Translations under genes and position numbers: made by a program
In this document: positions 52,871 to 63,468 of the stretch, one piece after another
How positions within the stretch are numbered: position 1 is the first letter of the stretch
Layout: the number at the start of each line of letters is the position of its first letter
Origin: Schmidtea nova
Taxonomy: Eukaryota
Direction of reading: 5' to 3'
Length of the DNA stretch: 63,468 bases
NCBI GenBank assembly: GCA_044892505.1
Contig: CM097883.1
Span: forward strand, 308,822,533 to 308,886,000
The notes under the pieces: model-generated
What the model saw: the letters and a program-made list of their open reading frames with translations, nothing else
Databases searched by the model: none
Told to the model about the DNA's origin: nothing

Positions 52871-55479
52871 TATATAATAAGTTGGTGTTTATCTATTATT
52901 AAATCATTGTCATGTTTTTTGATTAATTATTATTGTTATTATTCATATTACATAATTACTGTATGTGTCAATACACAGTGTAGTGCCTCCGTTATTTATA
53001 TGTTATTATATTATTTAATAATATATCAATATTTATATTTTAAAATCATTTATTTAATTATTTATAAAAAGAAAAATCGATTTGTTTTAATCACAAAAAA
53101 ATGGACTTTTTGACCTTTTTCAAAAAACAACAAGCAAGAAGCAATTTACAAAAAATGGAAGCTGCACAAATTAAAACCCAACGCAAACCACAAAGTTACC
53201 AATCGAATGTTGCAATTAAAAAGAACTCAAATCGTACGAAAGAATTCAGTGAGTACAAGAGGCGAATGAGACAATCAATCACCCCAGTTATTACTACAAG
53301 CACAAAGATAGATATTTCTACCATTGATATTCCAGAGCGCATTAAAGACAGTTATTTCATGAAGCATAAGAAGATTAATTCAACGGTGAAAGCTGATGAT
53401 ATATCTGCAGCTAAGAAACAACAATTTGTTTTATTGAATGTATTTTTTTTCGTCTTATTAATTATTTTAGCAGCTACCAAACACAGTATTATATTATAAA
53501 TGTATGTGNNNNNNNNNNNNNNNNNNNNNNNNNNNNNNNNNNNNNNNNNNNNNNNNNNNNNNNNNNNNNNNNNNNNNNNNNNNNNNNNNNNNNNNNNNNN
53601 NNNNNNNNNNNNNNNNNNNNNNNNNNNNNNNNNNNNNNNNNNNNNNNNNNNNNNNNNNNNNNNNNTTTTTTTATTTTTATGTAAAAAATACTCAGTAAAA
53701 GTGAATAATTAATCAATTTTTGATGATTTTCTGAAAAAATTGCGTAATTTTTATGTTAATATTATGTCATTTTACAAAAAAACATATATATGGGCGAGAT
53801 CTCCGAAATATTTGGCTTGATTTAGATAGCTAACATTTCTCTGCTCAGCTGTATTAATAATTTTCCATGTGAATTAATATAATAAATTAAAAAATTTTTA
53901 TCCGCTACTTTTCTGGCTGATATTGTGTCTGCCCGGCTAGACGAATTTGTTTTTCTACTAATTTGATTATTTTTCCAAAGAAAATTAATTAAATAATTAT
54001 TTTGTAATTGTATTGCCTGAAGACTGCTAATCGATCTAAAATTATTATATTCATCTTTAACTTTCTGCTTGCAACTAGATCATAATACTTATCCCCCTCA
54101 TAAATATTGTTTTCAATTATTTTTCTTTGAAACCTTTGAATTTTAATTGGTTTAATACTCAGATTTTGTACATTTACATTTTTTTGCATTTATTTACAGA
54201 ACCTCAACAATTTTATATCAATTTATTCAAATAAAATTATATTTTATTGTCAATAATAATGGTTTCTTCATAGATTTAGAATGGGATTCAAATCCTTCTT
54301 TCGTTGGTGTCCATTTGTTACTTGGCCTTTGGCCCAAACTGAACTTAAAACACAGACCAATCGCAGTTGTGACTATTTTAAAGGCAATAACGACTTAACT
54401 TCAAACGGAACAGAAAGGCTGCTTGTAGAAAACGAAAAGAACATCGTAACCAGTAATATAACTGTGCTATGAAGACATTTTACATGTTTTTTTTTATTTA
54501 TAAGTATTATTTAAATAATGTCATCTATTTTGTTTGAGAATAAAAATTTTTCAATATTTTTAAACAGTTTTGTCCCTTTAATTGTTTTTATCATTGATAT
54601 CCAATCGTCAATTGTGGTATGTAGGGTACATTGAGTCAAAGGATAATTGAAAATTAGTAATTAAGAAAGGGTTATTGTTTTTTTTAAGGTAGCACCAAAA
54701 TATAGGTGTGATGCTTGTGAGGACAATTAAATAGAAATCAATTTAATTTTCTGATTAAACTGGATTTTAAAAACTATAATAAAATAATAAATTAACATAA
54801 TAAATGAAATATAATATTGAATTTATTAATTGGTTCACTGTAAATATTATATTTAAGAATAATTGAAAATTAAAAATATAGAATATTTATTGAATTCTTT
54901 TAAAGGAATATTCATAATTCAATTGTTTATTCATGCTTGCTAAAATATTATCAAATATAAAAAGAAATGTTATGGAATTTAAAATTAATTGCAAAATTAA
55001 TTAAATATTTTTAAATAAATTATTTATTAAATTAATTGATAATTATCAAAGTTGTAACCGTATTAAAATTTAATTAAAAATTATTATCATGTAAGCAAGA
55101 ATTTGATTCCAAATTCTCATTGGACACTAAAGGACGTTCATTTGCTTTTGGTCGATTTCTCCATGATACTAAGGAGCTTTTTCCTCTGTCGTTTACAGTT
55201 GCCAATCACAATTGATGTTGCGCCTTTAGTTTATTGTCTATATTGTTGGCTGAAACACATTACATGGCATGTCTATAAATAGTAACATACAGTTCAGATC
55301 CAATATGTCCATAAAATCACCGCGTCATGTGGATTTAAATTACCTGATGATTTAAGAAAGAATTTCTAATGTAGAAACACACAAAGTTAACTGAGTGTTA
55401 TGCAGAACAATACACTCTGGATACACACCCACTACAAATTTATTTATTTGTTAGTCTAGGTGTCTTAATTTTTATATTG

Positions 55480-56000
55480 TTGCGCTAGCATAATCGAAAA
55501 AAATTTTGGTTTAAATTCATCAAACATTAAATGCATACAAAAGAAACGGATTCAAAACACGATAAAACGTTAAGCATTAAAATAGCACAAAAGAAAATAG
55601 TAAAATACAATAGTAGTCATACAAACCGTATTCTATAAGTCGGTCGAGATAGGGCTTAAACGATAGAAAAGAGGCTTCTTAAAAAAGAGCCCACAATTTG
55701 AGTGCAGGTTGGATTTACATTTGAAGGACTGCACGAGAATTGAATGGCGAAGATCATTGCATGTATAGTGAATACGAAAAGCATGATCAAAGAATAAAAT
55801 CGGTATCAGAATGAAGAAAATAATTTATTAAAAATTATAGAAAAAATCCCAATTGAAATATCGTAAAAATAACAGAGACAGGAATAAAAAATTAAATTAA
55901 ATTAAATTTGATTATTTTAATAAATCAATTAATGTACAAAAAACATTGGATGCACATATCTTTTATTGAAATTAAAAACAAATATTTTTAAAAAATAAAT
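55480..56000 (+). repeat. Unclassified dispersed repeat, copy 1
   Basis: Homologous to 56570-56900 (direct) and 61960-62380 (inverted), e.g. tagtagtcatac...aaacgatagaaaagaggc...gagaattgaatg..gaagatcattg. Confidence 0.7.
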
Positions 56001-56569
56001 TAATTAAATTTTAAAATTAAATTTATAAAAATTAAATAAATACTAACTTATTAATACTAATAAGAAAATTTTTTTTGATATTATTATTTCTGAACACCTT
56101 CAGTGATAAATGTTCAATGAAAACACTCATCAAAATATTATAAACATTCAAGAAAATGAGAAATTCTGCACAACATAAAATTACATGGTCAAATACGATA
56201 AATATTAAGCTAAATATTTATTACTTATTTTATTTATTATTATAAATAAAAGAACACCATTTTTTTAAATATACTAATGCAATATATTTCAACAGCTTAG
56301 CTGTCATCATCAGGCTTTCCACAATCTCAATAAAATAAAAATTGATCTTATTTATACGCTTAATAGTGATTACATAATTAAATGTGCATAATCCAATAAA
56401 GCATTTATTTACCCTAGTAAAATTAATTAAACACTCTTAAAATGCATGTAGATATTGCATTTTGTATGTTTATTTTAGGATTAAATGATTTGATCATCAA
56501 AGCCTCACAATTCACACGTTCATAATAATAATAAGAGGATTGATATTTCTAATTTCAAAATACTTTCTA

Positions 56570-56900
56570 GGGTTTTTAAAAAATAAATAACACAAAAGAT
56601 TATTAAATACCAAAATGCAAATAGTAGTCATACGAACAGCATTTCATAAGTCGCTCGAGATAATGGTAAAACGATAGAAAAGAGGCATCTCGAAGGACCG
56701 CATGAGAATTGAATGAGGAAGATCATTGGTTGTATATTGAATACGAGAAGCATGATCAAAGAATAAAATTGGTATCAAAATAAAGAGATTGATTCATAAA
56801 ATTTTTAGAAGACATTCCATTGAAATATCGTAAAAATAACAAAGACAGGAAGGAAAATAAAATTGAAATAAAATTTAGTTGTTTTAATCAATCAATTAAC
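56570..56900 (+). repeat. Unclassified dispersed repeat, copy 2
   Basis: See copy 1. Confidence 0.7.
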
Positions 56901-58399
56901 GCGCGAAAAGTTGTGATGTAGGTATGTCAGCATGGTTTACAAGTTTGGAGTGAAATCTCTTGAACTGTCCAACCCCATGCTGACGACGCGGCATCCAAAC
57001 CTAGCCTCATACTCACGTAGATGTGAGATTATAGCGGAGGATCATTAGCAGGAATTTTACATTAATTATTTTCTCCTTAAAATTGATTTTTTAGTTGTTT
57101 TAATTAATTCGCGGGCAAAACTAACAAGAACAATCTTTTTATACATACACTACATAAAGATGAAAGATAGTAAAGTAGAAAAAGATTATAGTGAAGTATC
57201 TTCACAAAATGTTAAAATGATTAAAATTGAGGGTTAAAAATGACGAAAATATCAAAGACAACTAAGAACATTTGTTGATACATAAATAAACCTGAAAGTA
57301 AAACAGCAGGGACTAATTCAGTCAAGATTTCCTATGTTGGGCAAGGTTTGGAGAATTAATTATCCTATATAAAGGTGTGGTGAAATACTTACAAACTAAC
57401 TTAAAAGTTATGAGAATGAAATTGACGAAGTTGGATTACGACAGAGCTCTAGACGCTGTGGTATTAAAAATACCAGAAAAAATACAATAAAAATTATTAT
57501 ATTTTAATAAAACAGGATAAAAATTTCATAATATTAACTCACATATATTTTAAAAACAGTTACCGTAAAACAAATCATAACATTCCGAGAGCATGAGTCG
57601 AACTTTGGCGATCTGTTGATGCGAAATCCCAAATTCCCGCTTCCGAGATCTGTTGGTGAAAACGGTAGAAATGCTGAAATATAAAATATTTTAAAATATC
57701 AATAAAAGTCGCTGAAGCAGCAATAAGAATAACTTGCGGATCAATGAGGTGTAACCACGTTATGGTAATGATCAAAATCCCGTTCGAGCGATCAATAATA
57801 AACTGTGACAATATTGATTTACCTATAATGATTGATCTGTGTTTGATTTACATTAATACTTCTAACCTTCATGTTAACCATTTGTGTCAGTTAACTTTAA
57901 TCCGATCGAGGAGAAGCGTTAGGGTCAACTCTCACTATTATCATTATTAATATTTATTATTATTGGGTTAGATTTTAGTCTTAAAATTGCAAATATTTTA
58001 GTCAATATCGTTTTAGAAGTAAATTCGTTTAGACAGAATCGTAGATCTAATTTTACCTCACAGAAAACTGACTATAATACTTTATGTTATTAATACCAGA
58101 TCAGGAAGATTATTTCGTGATTCTCTACGTAAGTAATTTCACCACTACAAGAGTATCGGTCTAGATTTTGAACTCCACGAAATTTCTGACAAAACATATA
58201 ATGGAACCTCTTAATTGGCGCATGCGGAATACAAAGATTTTGTTTCCATGTTCCACAAAGATTAGAATGAAAATGTAATATGAAGTAAAATATTTATTAT
58301 AATTAAAACATTTATTAAAACTTTAAGTGTTCTATAATGAAATCCTTAGGAAATTCAAACAAATTTAACATAGTGTAAAAGTCTTTAAAATCAGTAAAT

Positions 58400-58732
58400 A
58401 TGTTTAGTAATAAATCTCAAACCCCAATAGGTTTAGTTTCTGATCTAGTGTATAAGTTTTCTTGTAATGGGTGCAATGCCACATACATTGGAGAGACTTC
58501 CCGTCATCTCCGCACACGGGTTCAGGAACATAGCCGATTGAAAGGTGTGAGTAATATTATTGAGCATGGAAAAATGTGTATAGGAGAAACTCATTTAAAA
58601 GATTTTAAAATTATATTAAAAAACTTTAATAATAAATGGGAAAGAATTTTATGTGAGGCGTTGGTGATTAAATCACAATCCCCTACAATTAATATTCAAT
58701 CAGCAACGAATTTATTGAGATTATTTAATTAA
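58400..58732 (+). pseudogene. Penelope GIY-YIG endonuclease fragment (110 aa open)
   Basis: LVYKFSCNGCNATYIGETSRHLRTRVQEH...ILCEALVIK...PTINIQ. Confidence 0.85.
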
Positions 58733-58800
58733 CTCATTAAATCATAGCCATTACGTCATTACTGTTTCCGTATATAGCATTTGATTTAGATTATGATGGC

Positions 58801-58839
58801 AGACTGATGATGAGGACTATGTCCTTGAAATATATTTCT
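58801..58839 (+). ncRNA. Minimal hammerhead motif 3' of the GIY-YIG fragment
   Basis: AGA-CTGATGA-TG-AGGAC(tat)GTCCT-T-GAA-ATATAT-T-TCT. Confidence 0.55.
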
Positions 58840-60421
58840 ATTGTTTGGCGATTTCATGTTTTTATTAATAATAAGCCATCATTTTTTCGATATTTACATT
58901 TATTTTTTATGAATATATTTTAATCATTTAGAAAGATCAACAATTTATGCTGTATGTCTCCCAGTAAATTAATTCTATACTTTCTCGGGTACCGCAAGAT
59001 TTGTGAGCGAACATCAAAGAAATAAAGCGTTATTGTATAAGAAAGAGGCCGGACATCAAAATGAGCACAAGTCTTCTATCTGTAGCTCTTGAACCCATAG
59101 AAATTACTCGATCAATTATATTTCTGGTAACAGTGTTCACTTTTTGTGGCGGTTAACTACTGGTTAGACAATAGTTATTTGGTCACCATAGAATTAAATC
59201 CTGATATGGCCCCAACAATTTTGTAATTTTCTGCAAGCTCTTTAATCATGTTTAACTCAAATATCTTATCACAATCAAGCAAGATTTCTTTGGGATCTCG
59301 AAATTTTAATATCCAATATTTCATTATTGAACTTGATATTGTTTTTTCGTCTTGTCATCTTACTACTGTTTATAAAATATATCTACTACAGTGATCAATA
59401 ATTCCTAGAATTTACTTGAAGGTTAATTGTTAGAGGTCCACAAAAGTTAGTTTATATTCTCTAAATTCGTTCTAGCGCATCTGATGCCTTTATTCTTTCT
59501 TTAGTTTTTGCTTTCAATGTTTTCCTTTTCTGACATATTTGACATTATTGAATAATATTTTTTTATTTAATTGTTTCTCACTTAATTTTTTGACTGTTTT
59601 TAGTAGAGACATACCATTGCTAGTTTCCAGTCATATTATTTTATATACATTTAGATATGCTTAACCTTTTATATGCCGCAAATTATTAGTACGACTTTAC
59701 ACAACAAGTCGGGAATTTTCAAGAGACGTCACTATGTGTTGAACATTTTATGTCACAGAAAACCCATGATCTTTGCTATTAAAATAAATGCAAAGAATAG
59801 CAAGCTTAGTCGCTCATTTTGTGTGGTTGAAGTGGCGTTCACAGAAATACAGATCGAGTTAATGCGTCGATCTCTTTATAAAGTTTTTGTAAATGCATGA
59901 TTTTAAATATACTTTAATGATGTTGAGGATACCTAAATAATAAAATTAAATAATATCATAAATAAATAAAAGAATTAGGGAGTAGTAATTGACAGGGTAA
60001 AAGAAACGATGTTCTGGAACTGGGAGAAGGAGATGGAAGAGCTAAAATTGAGAAATGAAATAATATTAGAAAAATAAAATAAATTGAACAGTCAAGCAAG
60101 AAGAGGTCATTGATAATTAATTAGCGCAAAGGAAAAAAGGAATTCTAAAATTGGTAAAACAATAAGAAAATTGTTATTTTTACAGCTTGTCAGAGATATC
60201 AGGAATGAGGAAAAAAGAGAAAAACAAAAAGAAATGAATGACATATCTTGACAAATGTCAGAGATAATGCAAGAGCCGTGAAGAAAGTATGTAGTATGCT
60301 GAAGGCAAAGATTTTGGAAACAAAAATAATCTCAAGTACCATAGATTAAAATTTGTAAAGAATTCAGATTGGAGAGTTCATATTTGAGAATTCATATTAG
60401 AGAAGTTAGAAAGTTAGAAAT

Positions 60422-60477
60422 CAGATTGGAGAATTTAGATTGGAGAATTTAGATTGGAGAATTTAGATTGGAGAAAT
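60422..60477. repeat. Tandem repeat, 4 x 14 bp (tagattggagaatt)
   Basis: Directly visible. Confidence 0.85.
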
Positions 60478-61959
60478 TAAAAATTAAAGAAATTGGAGAA
60501 ATCGAAATTTTAGTAGGAGAGATTGAAAAGAAACTTATTGAGTCAATTAGAATCATATTATTGGAAAACGTGAATTAAAGAAAATTAAATTGAACGTATC
60601 AAAACCAGAATTAATAAAATAAGTCAAAGTCTATTGAATAAGGTATCAATTCAGAGCACGAGAACAACCAAAATCTATTGTCAATTGTTGAATCCAACCC
60701 AGAGGTTAGTGAATGTAAACTTTTAGTTATTATACATTAGTGCTATTCCTCACGAAGTGTTTTATTAAGCGCTGTATAATTACATATTTTGGTATTAAAT
60801 TGGACGAGTCATTGTAATTTGTGTAGCCAACTGTAATAATCAATAAAGGACTATATTGTCTGAAAATTGTTATTTTGTGGGTCAAATAGTCAGAGAATTA
60901 ATTAGTAAATTTTAAATTTCACCAACAACCAATAATCCAACAATGATAATTAAATTATCATATTAAGATATCGTGAAATATTTTACTTGCTACATCTGAA
61001 AGAAACATCATAAAAAGAAAGCTAAATGTTGGTTTTATGGGCTGTTGTTAAGAAATTATTATAGATTACAAGGAGTTACTACAACCCATAGCCCATCATA
61101 AATATTAAACTACCTCACTCGTGTACCCATAGTTATTCCCTAATTTACTATGTTGGTACTGTAAACGGTGGCGAGAATCTAGTGAGTAGGTGAGGTTTGT
61201 CGCTAAAACTACTCCTCACTGTATTCTCTCTTTCGGGTTCCTGCTGCCTATTGAAGGACCTACTTATCTACTTATTTTACGATCCTGTTGCATGATTACG
61301 TCTTAACTCTCTATCACCTTATCCTATTTTATGTCTGCACTTATTCATTCTCTAAAATCTACGAATAACCCCTCTTAATATCTTCTGGTTTTCTTTACGA
61401 TTATGTCCTAGGCCACTTTTACCTGTCATCAAAATTTAACTATCAATGAATTTTAGTTTGTTCTCACCGCACCAACATAAATCCGAAAACTCAAGACAAG
61501 AAGGCTTCTATCTCACGGCATTTCACCACTAAGGCTGCAACAATTTATTTATGGGCAGAGTTTAATCGGGAATCCCTTAATCAAAACAAAAATTTTACTT
61601 CAAAAATTTATTGTAAAACACTACATCATAATTACCCAGAAAATATTACAGCAGAAAATATTACCACATACTTGATGTCTAAAACTGGCTGGAGAAATCC
61701 AAACATTTACTCACGGTAATTAATGCTAAGTTTAGATTGTGATTTTTCAGCGTTTTTTTATACTAAATCTACTGACGCTCACATATGTTATTATTTAAAT
61801 AATGATATAGCGATTTAAACTTACTTATTAGTTTTAATAAGTGAGTATTTAATTATGTTTTATAAATTTAACTTTATAATTTATTTATTTATTTTTTAAA
61901 ATATTTGTTTTAATTCTATTAAAAGATGTGTGTATACATTGTTTATGTACGTTAATTGA

Positions 61960-62380
61960 TTGATTAATACAATCAAATTTTAATTCCTATCTCCGTTTTT
62001 TACGATATTTCAATATGGATTTTTTCCATAATTTTTTCTAAATTATCCTTTTTATTTTGATACCGATTTTATTCTTTGATCATGCTTTACGTATTCACTA
62101 TACAAGCAATGATCTTCCCCATTCAATTCTCGTGCGGTCCTTCGTATGTAAATTCAACCTGCAATCAAATTGTTGGCTCTCTTCTGAGATGCCTCTTTTT
62201 TATTGTTTCAACCATTATGAAATGTGGTTCGTATGACTAATATTTCTCCTTTATTATTTTATAATATTTTTCGTCGTTTTACTGCCTAATGCTTTGTCGT
62301 GCGTCTTGAATTAGTTTTTTTGTATATTTAATTTGTGATGAATTTAAACAAAATTTATTTTTCGATTGCGCCAGCGCAAC
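61960..62380 (-). repeat. Unclassified dispersed repeat, inverted copy 3
   Basis: Reverse complement matches 55480-56000. Confidence 0.65.
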
Positions 62381-62399
62381 AGAAATTACATAACCGTGA

Positions 62400-63050
62400 A
62401 GCAGAAATTTGAAATAATTGCCGCCTGCAATGTTCTACCAGAGGAATCCAATACGGTGACTGCTTCTAAATATAGAACAAACACTACCAGTTGAAAGAAT
62501 TCATAATAATCAAGCTTCACAGGTTGATAATATTAGACTAGCAAACAGCGACAAGAAGAGAATTGGGCAAAGTAAATCTTGAGATGTTGATAAAGCTTTT
62601 TACACGTGGTTTTTAACGTTATTTCACGAAATATTCCAGTTAGTGATGAAATATTATTTTACAAGATAAGTATTTGCTAGACTTAAGAGCTCTAACTTTA
62701 ATACTACAAACGGGTATATAAATAGATTGAAGAAGAGAATTGCTGTTATTTTTTAAAAATCTCGATGCAGAAGCATATCTGATAGTATGCACCCTGCAAT
62801 ACCTTTAACGCTGATGAAACAGGGCTTTACTATCGCGGTTTGCCTATCGGTTCTCGCGTTATTAAAGGAAGAGTTTTCGGGTGACAAGTTGTTAAGAGAT
62901 TAATATTGTTGGTCTGTGTAAAAACCATAACAAATGTTTAATCAGATCAAATCCCATATGCATAGGCACAAATCATAACTGTATATGATAGAACGAATTG
63001 AAAAAAGAAATGTCTTGCACAAAGCATTTTATCAAATTTTTTCTGAAAAT
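62400..63050 (+). pseudogene. pogo/Tigger (CENP-B-like) transposase remnant
   Basis: TFNADETGLYYRGLP at about 62801-62845; upstream VDKAFYTWF and FNTTNGYINRLKKR-like segments. Confidence 0.75.
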
Positions 63051-63468
63051 ATACTTTAATTACTTCGGTTATTTGCATATTTTTTCTTTCCACGATTACC
63101 TGCTACTAGCTGAGTCGGGTGTAGTCAAATTTTTTGTCAATCCCACTGATTGAAATTATTAATTTTCGTTGCTAAGCAATTCGGAATTGACAAATTTAAA
63201 ATTTGTTATTTCGGAATTCCAAAGTTCTTAATTTATTGGTAATATCAGTTTTATTATCAGAATCCGGTAAATAACTTTCAACCAAAAAATAATTCAAACT
63301 TATTATCTCCCACTTTTACAAGATTATATTAAATAACAAATTCGAATTTTGAAAAAGATTAGATAATACAAATATTATGAATATTAGCAATGCATTATAA
63401 ACTTCTAAAAATGTAATAAATGCTAGTTTTTCAATATATAATTTTAAAAAACTTTTTTTAAAAACCTT

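Overview
AT-rich, gap-containing eukaryotic genomic window that is almost entirely repeat-derived. A planarian or other flatworm origin is inferred, not shown. The dominant feature is a giant (about 29 kb; about 29.6 kb if the truncated LTR is restored), very young Ty3/gypsy LTR element on the minus strand (36899->7854), with an LTR of about 3.1 kb and a tRNA-Pro-type PBS. Its 4633-codon ORF reads, in one frame: Gag (3 CCHC knuckles), three ubiquitin-like folds, a Bcl-2-like domain, a chuvirus/herpes gB-type class III envelope glycoprotein, protease, RT, RNase H, integrase, ankyrin repeats and the start of an FN3-like array. After a -1 frame change the array continues as a duplicated, membrane-anchored FN3-like protein. 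Separate ORFs encode a full-length TRAF, an IAP-type RING protein, a small type I membrane protein, coiled-coil orphans and two LTR-encoded proteins, and most have a splice-acceptor-like TAG just before the ATG. From memory this resembles the giant Burro retroelements of Schmidtea mediterranea (Grohme et al. 2018), so the size class is probably known. The env-inside-gag-pol layout, the TRAF/IAP/IkB-like/Bcl-2/FN3 cargo set and the splicing or non-AUG expression logic are the parts most worth testing. The element sits inside a pogo/Tigger-like MITE. The rest of the window holds a 5 kb defective Gypsy with near-identical LTRs, Penelope fragments with minimal hammerhead motifs, mariner and pogo remnants, and unclassified repeats. 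No confident host gene, rRNA, tRNA or CRISPR array was found. All domain calls come from visual motif recognition, not database searches.
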